NCBI RefSeq assembly: GCF_016432865.1 | Contig: NC_067401.1 | Coordinates: 142,166,001-142,230,000, forward strand | Reading direction: 5' to 3' | From: Antechinus flavipes | Lineage: Eukaryota | Length of the DNA: 64,000 bases | In this document: piece by piece, positions 12,661 through 26,545 of the stretch | Layout of the letters: each line of letters begins with the position of its first letter | Numbering within the stretch: position 1 is the first letter of the stretch | Position numbers and translations under genes: made by a program | Notes under the pieces: model-generated | Seen by the model: the letters and a program-made list of their open reading frames with translations, nothing else | What the model was told of the DNA's origin: nothing | Databases searched by the model: none

Positions 12661-12939
12661 ATAATAGCAGGCATATACATCACACTTTAAAGTTTGAGAA
12701 GCATTTCACAAGTGTTATTTTATGTCATCTTCACAATAACTCTCAGAGGTAAGTGCTCATATTATTATCCCCATTTTACAGATAAGGAAACTGAAACAGA
12801 TAAAAATTATATTATTTATCCTGGTTCACTCAGTAACAGTATTTGAAGCCAAATTTGAACTCAGGTTTTCTTGACTCCAGATCCAGTGCTGTACTAACTG
12901 TTCCACCTAGCTATCTCTTCATTTGAATAGAGGTATCTC

Positions 12940-13810
12940 ACAGCAGGTAATACGAGACTGGATCTTGCTAACTGAAGAGAGGGCAAGAGAGGGGGAAGAA
13001 CTGATGAGCTTGATGATCTTTGAAAAACATGGAAAAATTTGCACGAAATGATGAAGAGCAAAATAAGCAGAACCAAGAGAACATTATATTCAGTAAAAAA
13101 ATATTGTTTTAAAAATGACTTCGAGTGAATAAGCTATTTCGAGTATTACAAATATCCAAATTAACTAAAAAAGACTTATGAAGAAAGATGCTATCTGCAT
13201 CTAGAGAAAGAACTGATAGGTAGAAATCTGTATAGAATGATTTTGTATACGTACTTATTTGTATATACTTATTTATATAATTACAAATTCTAATGTCTAT
13301 CTTTGGGGGGAGTATAAAAAAGGAGAGAAAAAGGAAAAAAGAAATTTACATGATAACTTTTATTTTTTTAAAAATTTTTAAACTATTTTATTAAATAACC
13401 AGTTTATAAAGTCATATCAGTGCAGTGACTTATTGGGAACATAGAATTAGTGCCTATATCACAACTGTTTCCCTCAGTCATATCTTGATTTAGAGTATGT
13501 GAAGAGAAGGTCAGGGCAGTGCACTAAAATGCACAAAACAAATCTCAAGAGGGCTTGGTTTAAGTACAACACCCAATTCCCATTTACTTTTTTCAAAGAC
13601 TCCACAACTTTAAATAACAAGTCAATGGACTACAGTTACCATCTAAATGGGTAAGTTAGGGGCTCTTGGTTTTCATTTCTAACATATATGATAACTTTAA
13701 AAGGAATAGTAAGTTATACATAATAGATTTGCAGTTGCATGTGCACTCTTTTAAAAATTTATACTGTTATAGATATGATTGTTTTATTGCATAAATTAAA
13801 AATAAAATAA
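12940..13810 (+). mobile_element. Old L1 3' end, interrupted by the 13361-13687 insert
   Basis: End of ORF2 (gaaatgatgaagagcaaaataagcagaaccaagagaac) and 3'UTR, ending in an A-rich tail near 13800. Confidence 0.75.
13361..13687 (-). pseudogene. Putative 5'-truncated retrocopy (3'UTR-like fragment) of an unidentified mRNA
   Basis: TSD ATGATAACTTT at 13350-13360 and 13688-13698. On the minus strand, AATAAA (13387-13392) lies about 17 nt before a decayed A tail. The body is not recognised as a known TE. Confidence 0.6.
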
Positions 13811-14974
13811 ATTTTAAAAATTAAAAAAATTACTAGACCTCTAAAGAGATTACTATCATCACATGTAGAGATACAAGAGACCTCAGAGATCACATAGTCT
13901 TCCTCTCTCATTTCATAGGGAAGGACACTGAGGTCTCTGGAATATATCTACATAATAATGACAATTGAACCCATAGGAATGAAGGAAATAATCAAAAGAG
14001 AAAAAGAGTATCAGAGTCACAGATTTGGGGAGTATCTTAGTTTCTTGGCAGCAGCAAGAGAACAATGATCTAGCAAAGAAGACTGAGAAGGAGGATGGAG
14101 GAGGTTAGATGAATTGGAGGAGGATTGAAAGAGAAGAATGTCAAAGAAACCAAGGAAGGATAACTAAGAGCTTGTCAACAGCATCAGAGTTTGTAATTTA
14201 CCAAAAGCTCAAAAACAATCATTTGGAATACAGGTGGATCATATGATCAGCAAGATGCCAGAGTGATTTTCAAAGTAACTCTCCCAATTTAACAGCCTTA
14301 AAAGAAGAAGATATATCGAGTCTAAAGTAATTAAGCTAATTTGGTAAGACAGAAACACCACACAAGTTGAAAATTTTATGAAATGATATCTGAAATACTT
14401 ACCCACTCACCCTAATAGCAACCCTCATCCTAGACTTGGTCAGTTCAAACAATCAGATAAGCTTGAGTTTCAGAGCATGGCTCTGATGTGTCCATCCTGA
14501 TCTCTCCATGGCTCAGTTGGAACCCCTTCTCTCCCTGTCTCCTTACACTCATAGAAAAAGAATCTCATTGATCCTTCTTGGCCATGTGAAACAAAGTAAT
14601 TACAAGAGTAAGATGTAAAGGAATCATGGAATCCCAGAGCTGGCTGGAAGATAATTTTACTCTGAACATGGACCAATCTGAATATGGTCCCTATAACCTT
14701 CAATTACAGATTATGAAATCTCTGAAAAAGAAAATGTGCTTGTGCCAAAGCAGAAGGAGAAGGGTGGAGATAAACAGTAAAGAGGGAAGTTAGAAACCAG
14801 TTACTGTAAAAATAGGAAAAAGATTGAAAGACAGAACAAACAGAACCAAGACAGATTGAGTATCATTTTAGTTCCAAATCAGATAATCTAATAATGAAAA
14901 TTATCCAGACAGAATGAAATGAGTATAAATGTCAGAAAAGGTCAAAACATAATGAATATATATAATATCTCAAA

Positions 14975-15610
14975 GGAAATTCAAGTTAAGTCAATAAGCA
15001 TTTATTAAATGCTTATTATATTCCAGCTATGATGCTAAATGCTAGATTTACAAAGAAAGGTAAAAAACAGTTTTTGCTCTCAAGAAAGTAGAGTCAAATG
15101 AGAGAGAAAACATGAAAATAATTGTACAGACAATCTACGTACAGGATAAATTAGAGATAATCCTAAGAAAGAAGCACTAAGGTGAAGGAAAACTGGGAAA
15201 GGCAGAAGGAACAAATGTGGGATTTTAGATGCTATTTGAAAGAAACCAGGGAAACCCAGAGATGGGAAGAATTATAGGGACAGGGAATAGCCAATGAAAA
15301 TACTCAGAGCTGGGGGATAGAATATATTCTTTGAGGAACTGCAACGAGACCAGTGTCACTGGTTTGCAAAAAACTTGGAGAGTGAGGAAAGGTAGAAAGA
15401 TTATGAAAAGTTTTAAAATCCAAATAAAATATTTTTTATTTGATCTTGGAGGTAATAAGAAACTACTAGAGCTAACTGGCTTGAGAAGTGACATGGTCAG
15501 ATGGGTGCTTTGGAAGAATCAATTTGAAATCTGAGTGGAGGGTAAATTGAAGTTTTACTTGAGACTTAAGTAGAAAGACCAACCAATAGACTATTGCAAC
15601 AAGGTAAGCA
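14975..15610 (-). mobile_element. L2 3' fragment
   Basis: tcaataagcatttattaaatgcttat... through the typical antisense L2 body. Confidence 0.6.
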
Positions 15611-15629
15611 TACAGTGATAAGGACTTGC

Positions 15630-16700
15630 ACCAATTGAATCAAAAATTTCCAATTAAAAAGAAAATTAGACAATATATTCTGAAGATTCCAGAGAGATCA
15701 ACAGGAAACTCTAAAGGGGTTCAAATGATAAATTAAAGATTTTAAAAAGATATAAATGTGGAAATTAGATTAGAAATCAGAGCTTTCAAGGTAAGGGTAA
15801 ACGAGACCAATACAAGAGTAAGTAACAGAATACAGGATAGATAGTATCTTCAAAATAGCAAGAGGGCTGAAAAAATGGGGAAACCTGGAGTTCAAAAATG
15901 TAGAAATAGTAGGAAAATTAACAGAAAAGCAAAAGATGACAATATTGAAAGGAATTCATGAATTCATGAATGCAAGTAACTAAGAGAAAGGCTGTCAGCT
16001 ATGAGGGAAAGCCTACTTAAGTAGCTCAAAATTATATTCATGACAATTCAGAGAAGCATATTAAAAAAAACCCAGTAGATTATTTTTTTTAAAAAACCAA
16101 ACAAATCTAAAAGAGCTCATGACCCTCAAAAATATTGCCTTCAAAGTTGAGCCCAAGCATCAGTGAAAAATAGTAGATACTTCAACAAAAGAGATACTGG
16201 AGACATTCCTGCAAAACAAACCAAAAATCAGAAGAGATTTGATTTACAAACACTACAAACAAGAGAAACACACAATAGGTATAGATACAATTGTCAAAAA
16301 AGATTAAAATAGTTTCATATTTCTAGTTTATTGTTTAAAAAAGAAATTGGATCAAGGGGTAGAAGAAATGAAAAAGATGAATCATAAGGAACAAACATAT
16401 CAAAGGGGTTAGAAACTTAAAGAAATCTTTGAGAGCTAGTAAAAAGAAGGAAAAGCTGAATTATTCTAATGACTAAATCTCATTTTTCCTATACAAATGA
16501 ATCAATATCTTTTTTCTAAGATGAGGAGAAGAGAAAGTAATAAGAAGTTGTTTGAATGGAGAGATTGGAAGACAGAGACAAAGGGATGTTGGAGATGTGT
16601 TCCCACTAAAACTGGATGTGAGCATACAAGTGATAGTATCTTCATTCTTAGATGAGGAACATAGGAATAAAAAGTGATTGCATAGGAGGAGATCTTGGAG
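15630..16700 (+). mobile_element. Decayed L1 ORF1/inter-ORF fragment
   Basis: A-rich coding-like sequence resembling the marsupial L1 ORF1 C-terminus. No intact ORF. Confidence 0.4.
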
Positions 16701-18409
16701 AGTGTCTATTTTAACCTCAATTTTCAGATGAAGAAATTAAGATTCAGAAATATTAAGTGGCCTGCCCAAGATAGTAAATGGCAAAAGTGGGATGTAAATT
16801 CAGGTCCTAGGACTTCAAGTTCTTCTTTACTTCCTATGGACTACTGTCTTCAGCAGTAGGAAAGGAGAAGCTAGACTAGGTAGAGAATGAGAAGTTGTTT
16901 CATCCTATAAGGGAAAATAAATGGTGACATTAAAGTATGTTCCCATAGTAGGTTAGGAAGAGAGGACTCCTAAATAGTTTTTATCTGGAGTGAATTGGGA
17001 TACTCTTCAAAGAACTGTTACATCCTACCACAGAAGATGTATGGTCTCTAGAAATGATCAATACCCAGGAGAATAATGAAGAGAATATTAGTTCAAAGGT
17101 AATGTAGACTGATCTTCGGAGGGATACGGGATCATAGGTAGGACCACATTTCCTCTCTCAAGATAGAGTGTCTGTTGTTATGTGTAACCTACCCACTTCA
17201 TAAACTGATATGTTGAGAAGTGAAATCCTACTAAAAGAAAAAGTGGAGGAAAGAAAGGAGTGATATGTACAAACTCATAAATGTAGAAATGGAATATAGA
17301 AGAAAATTCAACTTTTGCATTCCAGAAGCCCTTCTGGTGAATGAAAAAAATAAAGAAGGAATATGAGGAATTGAGAAATATATTTCAAAGTAGCTTAAAA
17401 GGAGATGGAAATAAGGACAAAGTAAATGAATACTTCTTGGAATAGGATACCACAGAAAAATGCTATTTGAATTAAGAAATTAGATAAGGCAATAGAAAGA
17501 GAAAACATCTGGGATCTGGGATGGAAAAGGAAAGGGGTCAAAAGAAGTGGGAAACTGATTTTTAAGAAGAAGAAGAAATGTGTTGTATATAAAGGTCTAT
17601 ACTTACAGGCATTACTGCTTAGAAGGTAATGTTATTACTAATATTAATGTTAAAATATCACCCCCTTGGAGATTATCTGCTCCAAGGTGCATTCAAAACC
17701 AAAGGGATACCTCCTTTGGTTAACAAATAAACCTTAGTTTCAAGGAATCCTGATATTTCTTTGAATTTAATTGGCTTTTGAGAGGGAAGAGTGATTAGAT
17801 CTTTGATTAAAAAAAAGTAAAGGAAAATGAATTTCCATGCATGACATTTGTCTCTTTAGAATTTTGATTAAGTATAGATGAGGATAGGTGATCAAGAACT
17901 TTAACAGAAGATGCTATATTATTATACAATTAATGTCTAGAAGCAGAAAGAAGAAGTGCCTAATATTGCTGTATATTCTATTAGATTACAATCTCCATGA
18001 GGGCAGCAGTGATGTCTTATATACTTTATTCAAGATATATTTAGTTTGTTCAATTATGTCTGGAAGAAGTAAGAATGATTTAGACTCTGCCTCAATCTCC
18101 AATTCTTACTTGATAGGAACAGAGACTTTTGGGTTGGTATTTAAATGTTTCTTAAAGATCAAAAGTTATTTGACATGGCAAAGATTTCCTAAATCCCTAA
18201 ATCAGTATGTTTCTTTGCTGAATGCATCATCCTAGCTATATCTCCTTTTCTTTTCTTCTCAAGTATAGAGAGGAAAATCTTTAGTTAAAAATCAGCACTT
18301 CTGACCCTCTGTCCTGCACAGTTTCCTTCCCTTTCCTTCTCTTTTCTGGGGATTTGCCTGTTTGCCATATGATACTTTAATCCTGGAAGAAGGAAGGATG
18401 CTCTTTCAT

Positions 18410-18442
18410 CTAGTACTATGGTGGAGCCAGCAGGTGGAGCAC
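18410..18442 (+). promoter_or_regulatory. CTCF-like site
   Basis: Core CCAGCAGGTGGAGC (18427-18440) against consensus CCASYAGRKGGCRS, plus CTAGTACT at the spacing expected for the upstream ZF9-11 motif. Motif match only. Confidence 0.5.
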
Positions 18443-20129
18443 AAGGCATCATTTTGATGTAGTCCCACATAAGTATCTCAGCCACTTTCAGGTAAATTGT
18501 TCCAATCTTCCCTCTACTTTGCATGAATAGGGGTGTGTAGGGGTGTGTACATGTGCACACATTAGATGTAAGACATTTTAAGAGATACCAAGTCTTCAAG
18601 TCAGAACTATAAGCAACAAGGAATCAAAACTTGGGACAAAAAGGTTTGTTGTAGGGCAACCTAGAGAGAATGGGCTGTTCCATCTAGGAATGAAGAAATG
18701 CTGAAGGCTGATGGGAGCATGAGTCAAGTCAATAGACTATGGAAGAGGCAGCGGTGGCCTGGGCTTGGATTGAGCTACACATAGTTTCAATGTTATCTCA
18801 GATGCTTCTTGGCCATGTAATTTCTGAGCAAGTCACTTCTCTCTCCAAGCCTCTGTTTTCTCATCTGTAAAATATAATAATATCTACCTCACGGGATTGT
18901 TGTAAGGATGCAATGGGATAACGTGTGTAGATTATTTTTGCTAAACAAAGTGTCACTTAAATGTGAGATATGATTACCAAGAGTGTGGATGGAAAAAATG
19001 AAGAAGCAATTGTTGACCACATTTCAGGATCCCAGAGCTAAGTACCACTGTCTCCCCCTATCCCCAACTTAAAGCACTAGAAAAAGCACTATTATCCATA
19101 CTCTGGTCTCACCATTTTAGGAAGGCCATTTTGTGACAATGTCCTTTTAATGTTACTAAATTAATTACTAGTTAAATTGGAAATAAATGACTTCTGTATC
19201 TCCAATCCATCATATGTACCCCCTGACAGATTAATTAATTAAACTCTAGTAGCTCAGTAGCCCTGCCTCATCTGTAGGACAAAGTTTATATTCCCTGGTC
19301 TGGCATCCAAGACACTATAATTTAACCACCACCTCCCTTTTCATCTTTCTATCCAACTTCTTTCCTAATTGTACTTCCAACTCTAGCCAAACAAATGTAT
19401 TCCTTGTTTTACCTTATAGAATCCTACATTTAGATCTGGAAGGAATCCCTAGAAGTTAACTCATTTTAGATGAACAAACAGACCCAATAAGGTTCAAATA
19501 CTAATTTTAGCTCTAACATTCTATAATTCTGAAGGATTCTGCAGACTGAATTTATAGATAGGTTCAAATTAAATTTTGATCAATTCATGTATAATAGATC
19601 CTTAACAGATTATTAGGAAAAGGTAGAAACAGGAGTTCTTAGTGAGGAACCCAAGAAAAGATTTTGGGGGTCCTTGGACTTGGATGGGACAAAATTGTTA
19701 TGTTTGTTCAGTTGTGTCTTATTCTGTGTGACCCAATTTGGGGTTTTCTTGGCAAAGATATTGGAATGATATCATTATTTTAATATGATGGGTTTCCTTT
19801 GTAATTTTATATATTTTTGTGTTATTTAAAAACAGTATTCTGAGGAATCTGAAAAGCCATAGGGATCCATGCTGTAAAAACAGTTAAGGATACTTGGGAT
19901 ATAGAATGTATTTTTAAGTTCTGATGGGTCAGTTTCAGGAAAGGCAACTGTAATATATTTCCTGGTAAATATATTTTTGAATGGATAGTTGGATAAATTG
20001 CTAATATGATCATTGGTATAGAACTGGAAGGAATCTTAGGGGTCATCAAATCCAACCTGACGCCATCTCCCACCCCCATCCCATTTTACATATAAGGAAC
20101 CAAGGCTCAGATCCCTAAGATGACTGGTT

Positions 20130-20450
20130 CTTTTGTGTGTTCTTACCATACCTATATTGTTAGGTATAAGTTGACCGGACATATACGTCCATCTGAATAC
20201 AAATATTGCCCTGTCCTTTGCCATATGGAGTAATCTTCATCCCATTGTCAGGGAAAGCTCTGCTATCCAGTGTCTATAATCATTGTTTGTGCTATCAATG
20301 ATTTACTGAGATCAGGGTATCAGTGATACCTGCTGAAACAGGTATCAGTTGTGGGTATAACTGATGGATAAATTGATTATTTTGGAGAAGATTTTTATAA
20401 TGTCATGTAGCTGGTATCTCCAGTCATGATCCAAGGGAAAGCTTCTTTTA
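20130..20450 (-). mobile_element. Probable RTE LINE fragment
   Basis: The minus strand resembles decayed marsupial RTE reverse-transcriptase sequence. Family assignment is from memory. Confidence 0.35.
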
Positions 20451-23400
20451 TTGGACAGAGAAAGGCTTTTGGAAATAAAATAAAGATACAGACTCAGTTT
20501 CCTTTATATCTACCGAGAATAATGTGTACAGAAAAATTGGTTCTAGAATCAAAGAAGGAGTAGAAGGAAGAAAATTGTTCCATTGGAGAGGGTACCTGAA
20601 ATTCCAAGGAGTCCTCCTAATAGAAAGGAGACCTAGATGAGATTAGAAATGAGTCAAGTTCTGAAGAGGAGATTCTGGTTGGGGACATAAGTTAGATAAT
20701 GATGTCCCCAGGGGAAATCCTGAGTGGAGGTTATAGATAATACTAATTCTTGAGAAACCTTTCAGATTGAACTGGGATTTGTGCAACTCAGTAATGAGCC
20801 ATGGTTCTGCTGATATGTTCATTCCTTGCTTCTATCTGCTCCCTGCTCCAGTTGGTTGTCCACATCAGTCTACAAGGTTCTGTGGGCGGGTAGGAAAGAC
20901 AGGTCATATGTAGAGAGTGGGATGGAAAATGATCTGTATGATGGGGGAGGGTAACTTGCCTGGGAGTGTATCCTTTCTCAGGGTATAAATAGGGTAAAAA
21001 TAACTCTAGGGTGGGAAAGGCAGTGTGTCCAAGGAGCCCTAAGGGATGCCCTCCTTTGCCCTCACCAGCTGCTGGGTGCCAGGCTGGTCTTTTCCCTGGA
21101 GAGTCATCTCAGATCTTAAACCCAGGAGCTTACTTGGCGGAACTGAAGAACTCTGCACTCCTGTATGAAGGCGGCCACCTCCGGATGCTTCAAGGGCTGA
21201 TGGGCTGTGTGGGTGGTATTGGTTGGGGAGGGTTCAACACAGTATTGGGTCCCATGGCATTGACTAAAATAAGAGAGACATCAAAGCTGTCTTTTGGAGC
21301 AGGTTCTCAGCAAAATTATTCAATAATTCAGTAAGGTCACATTTTCTTTCTCATTCCTCTCTCTGTGCCTTTTCTCCCTCTGCCATACCCTAATGTAACA
21401 ATACTCTTCATCTAAAGTATGTTCTCAAAAAAAGGTCAGATAATTGCATTCATATTATGATTTCTTTGATATTTTGATACTGGTCTCATCAACGTGGGCA
21501 CTATTTCCTCCTATGATACAGATTGTAAACCATTTTGGCCTCTCATCTTATATGACTGTTTTCCACATTTTCCCCCAAATCTTCTAAGGAAACAGATCTC
21601 CATGGAGGCAAACATTACAGAGCTCTTCCTGTAGTTCTCTAAGAGATTATATTTTTAATATATTAATTCCCATAAAATTTCTAACATTGAAGTCCTTAGC
21701 ACTTATAGCTTAACATTACAAGTGGACATAATTTTTGATGAATGGAAATGATGTTAAAGAAGATGTTTTGCCATTGAATTCTAGGGATCACAGGACTTTC
21801 CATTTGATTTAGAGCTGAAACCTCTTCTATAAGTTGTCTCCCCCGTAAGAATATGAACTCATGAACCCATGAGAACAGGAACTTTCCCTATCATAAGCAC
21901 TTATTAAATCCTTTTTTTATTCATTGATAGCCTCAGATCTCTTGACTTTCTTCCCTTTACCATCACATACAATCTCACCACTTCATCCATTGTCTCTACC
22001 CAGACAACCCCTCTCCCCCCATCTACACATAGATATAGATAGATTTGGTTCTAACTCCAATTTTAACTTCTCCAACTTTGACGCCCAAGATGGGATTCCC
22101 TAGTGATAGAGTTTCAAGAATCATCAGGAGATCCTGGTGCCCTTAAGTCCGACTATATAAACTAGACCCCTTGGCCTGTGTTAACACTGCATCTAATCCA
22201 TGGAGGTAAACTCTCATTTTCAGATGATTTCCTTAATAGCTGATCATTGCTCTAATTCTCAGATCTGAGATATAACTTCCCAGTTGATCGAGATGTTTGT
22301 GCTTCCTCTGAAGCCATTTCTATATGGCCTTTGCTCTCTAGTTTGCCTTTTGTTCCTAAAGGCTTCCCAGGTCTCTGTTTAATTAACCCAGTTAAGCATA
22401 GTACTGCTTGGAGGCAGGGGATAAAGGGATGATTCTTTAAAGCCTCATAGCTATAAGAGTCTATGATTCCAATACTTTTTCCTTTTGAAGAATGAGAAGA
22501 GGATTGATGAGGTGGTCCAAGTGCATAAATTAGGAAAAGAAATTAGTCAAATGGAAGAAAGGATTTCTTGAATTCAGCCCCAAAACACAGGGACAGATGT
22601 CAGAAAAAGCTCTGAAAGTTCTAATCACAGTGGGAATTGACAAGGGAATACAGGGCCTTTTTCTTAACTAACTCCCAACTTCATCATCTTTCTCAGAGTG
22701 AAGGAGAAACTAAGAGCCTCACAGAAGGAATATAGCAAAGAACTCAGCCAATAAACATTTCTTAAGACTTCAATTGACCAAAAAATATTTATTAAGCACA
22801 TATTGATTGTTAGACACTAAACTAAGTTCTGAAAATTTAAAAAAAAAAGGCAAAAAAACCAATCCCTGTCCTCAAGGAACTTACAGTCTGATAGGAGACA
22901 ATTACAAACAATTCCCTGTACAAACATGATTTATCAGATCAAATTGGAAATAATCAGCAGAAGAAAGGCATTAGAATTAAAAGGAATTTCTATCGAATGT
23001 GGGATTTTAGTTGGAAATTGAAGGAAAGGTCAGCTTATTAACTCTGGAATATTGGACAAATTAGAAAATGAGTCATTCTTCATTTCTACCATTTTTCTGA
23101 ATAGTGGAGACTGCTAAATATTTTGGTTCTATTGGTCATCTTCCTTGTTTTCTAGATCTTGTTTTTTAGTTCTCTTCAGCAAAGAAAACAATACCAGACT
23201 GGGAGGCTAGATTCTCTTTCCTGGCCTCCACTCTTGTATGAATAGTCATTCTTTCCCATTTCCTCCTTCATACATGACTTAGTTCTGCTCTAGTCTTTTG
23301 AAATATTCTGTATTCCCTTCTAGCTTTGATATTCCATAGTTCAAAGAACAGAACTCAGCACCTATCTATAGACTTGAAGGCCTCTCATTAAATTGAACAA

Positions 23401-24589
23401 TATTTCTGTGGGCCATTGGCAATTCTAAAGCATAGAGGAGTGAGGAGGAGACGAGGGAAAAGAGTTTGAGAAAAGGAGGATGATAGAGTATAGAGGAAAA
23501 AAAGCAAGAGAACTAAACTAAAGAACTAAAGAAAGTTAAATGTTGCCAGCCTCAGAATTTACAGATACTAGTTTGGCTATGTTTCTAAATCTCTGGTCTT
23601 TGCCACATGGAAATGATGATATTTTCTCATCCTGGAACTTCCTTTGTTTATATCAGCCCCTTCTTCCATTGGTGAGTTCTTTCTAGGGGTTTCAATTTTG
23701 TGGACAGTCCCAGGAAGGCTCTGCTTTCTTCCCTATCCAACTATGCTTCTGATTCTCCAAATTTTGCTACAATGGCCCCATAAGGATACCTTTTCTCCTC
23801 CCAGTTTCACAGAGATTTAAGTACAGGAGATTTTGCTAGAAATTCAGGACATTCTCCACTATATCATACTGCCTATTTAAGCAGTCTCCATGAATTCTGA
23901 AGGGAAGAATTATGGAAGAATACAAATTGGATGGAATTTTTGGGACACAGATGTCATTCTGATGAGTGGGAAGAGTGGGGAGCTGCTTAAAGATATTAAA
24001 GTAACTATGCAGAGAATTTACTACTGATATGACATTGGATCTTAGTTTCTTTGGGCCTCAGTTTCCTCATCTGGAAAATTAGAAGACTGCAGCAGATAAT
24101 CTCTAAGATCACTTTTACCTCTAACTCTGTGATCTTCTATGTGTGGGTTATTAACAGATTTCAAAAGATAGACAGAAGCAAGGAAAAGTAACTGAAGATG
24201 AATTTTAAAAGCAACAAGGTACTTTTCACAACAGTTGTGTCAGGAGTGAGTGATCAGAATTGAATTGGATTATAAGTGATCAAAAAATTTTCTTTTTAAG
24301 CTTTATTGAGAACAAGAAGAAGTACAAAGAAAGGATCAAACTGTTAGGATGAGTAGAATTGTAATAATGGATAGAAGTGAAAGACTAAATTACTCACTTC
24401 TTATTTTCTTTCTTTTTTTTTTTTCTTGCAAAGATCTTATAAATGATCTTTAAATGGATAGGATAGAATAGACAAGATTAATAGGGAATAGAAACTTAAG
24501 AAAAGCAAGGAAAATTACATGATGATTCCATATTTGAGTTCAAGCAAAGTACTAGCATTGAACAATGAAATTAGTGTGCAAGTTAGTGA

Positions 24590-26060
24590 TTTTTGAAAGA
24601 TTTTGGAGAATAGGAGAAGTACTACAAGGTTAGAAAAAGGAAAACAATGAGGTGATTTTCAAAAAAAGGAAAGATGTAGAGTTTATAAACTATAGACTAG
24701 TGAGCTTGACTTTCAAAATAGCAAAATTCTAGAACATAATATTAAAGGAATGTTTTGTGAGCAGTTAGAAAGAGAAACAGTGTTCACTAAAAGTTATCTT
24801 GTTCCCATCAAGAATAGGCCATAATGAAGAGTCAGTTTTAGAAGGGCTATGGGAAGACAGGCACACTAATATACTGCTGATGGAGTTGTGGATTGGTACT
24901 GCCGTTCTGGAAAACAATTTAAAGTTATTCGAGAAAAGTCAATAAAATGTTCATTCTCTTTGACCCAATGATAATGATTACTGGGTATATCCCTCAAAAG
25001 ATTAAAAATCAGGAGGAAAGATCTATAAAATTTGTAGCAGCATTTTTTTTGGATAATGAGAAGCTGGAAACAGAGGAATGTTTAATAATTAGGAATGACT
25101 AAACAAAGTATGGATATGCAATGAAATATTGTTATGCCATAAAAATGATGAAAGAGAAAAATTCAAAAATATCCACTTATTGAACTGTTATAAAGAAACC
25201 AGAAGCTAGAAAAAAATAATAGCTAGTATTTTATAACATTCTATAGTTTGTAAAGTACTTTATAAATATCTCATTTGATCCTCAAAACAATCTTAAAAAG
25301 TAGATTATTCCCATTTTGCATATGAGGAAACTGAGGCAGACAGAAATTAAATGTGTTTCCAAGGGTCACATAACTAGTAAGTTTCTGAGTCCTTTGAACT
25401 CGTCTTTCTCATTTTGGGTTCAGAACTCTATCTGCTGTTCCAACCAGCTGCTACATACATAATGCATATAATGCTATGAATAAAAAACACTAAAAGGCAG
25501 ACAATCTATTATTAACTATAATGATCAACCTTGATGCAAGAGAACAGATGATGAAACACCCTCCCCTCCTCTTCAGAGAGAAGTGCTGTATTTTGGGTAT
25601 AGAATGTTCTATATGTTGTCAGATTCAATCAATTTGTTAACAAATTAGTTTGGTTTAACCGTCTTCCTTTCTTCCTTTTACCTTTCCTTCCCTTCTACCT
25701 TTCTTTCTGAAAGGGAAAATTTGATGGGAAGGGAATGCATACGAAGAAATAATTACAAGGTAAAAAATAAAACAAAAAGACTCAACAAAACCATCTTTTA
25801 AAGAATAGTCTAAAGTGATGTCTGGGAAATCATGGAAATGCTTATAGATATAATATACTGAGATTCCCCCAAAGCACTTAGTAAAGTCTCTAATGCTGTC
25901 TTTGTGGATAAACAACCTTGTTATGGATGCTATGTTTCTAAGATAGCATAACATTCATTGTAATAGATCTAAATGGTGGGGAAAACCCAGTAAGATGAAA
26001 TTTAGTAGGAATGAATCTAGTTTACTATACTTAGATTAGAAAAAAACAACTGTATCCAAT
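24590..26060 (+). mobile_element. L3/CR1 RT fragments (about 24590-24830 and 25780-26060) separated by L1 and MIR pieces
   Basis: Decayed IFKKG...NYRxVSLT...GKILE motif region (ttttcaaaaaaaggaaag...aaactatagactagtgagcttgac). Confidence 0.6.
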
Positions 26061-26545
26061 AGATAATCAAAAAATACAAACAATTTTTCAAAAGAATTAT
26101 AAACAATATGCAATCATAGGAAAAAACACTTCAAATTTAGAGTAATAAAGAGAAATTCAATAATAGAAGTAGAAAAAAAATTCAAATTAAAATAATTCTG
26201 TAATTCTTCTCACACTCTGAAAAAATCGGCAAAGTTGACCAAAAATTGGGAATACTCAATTTTGGAGGTGCTGTGAGAAGACTGACCCATTACTATTTTG
26301 TTAATAGAACAGTGAATAAGTTCAAAAATTCTGCATAACAATTTAGAGTTACAACAAGAAAAGTGACTAAGCTGCCCTAATGATCACATTAACATGCCTC
26401 AACTAAGTAAATAGAAACAGAAATCTAATATGTTCCCAAGTATTTATGATAGCACTCTTTGTTGTAGCAAAGCACTGGAAACAAAGTAGATGCCTATCAT
26501 TGGAAAGAGCCCAAAAAAACAAACTATGGTATACGAATGCAAATT
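26050..26545 (+). mobile_element. Decayed L1 ORF2 C-terminal fragment
   Basis: Degenerate QIKTTLR...CWRGCGK-type coding sequence (attcaaattaaaataattctg...tttggaggtgctgtgagaag). Confidence 0.55.
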
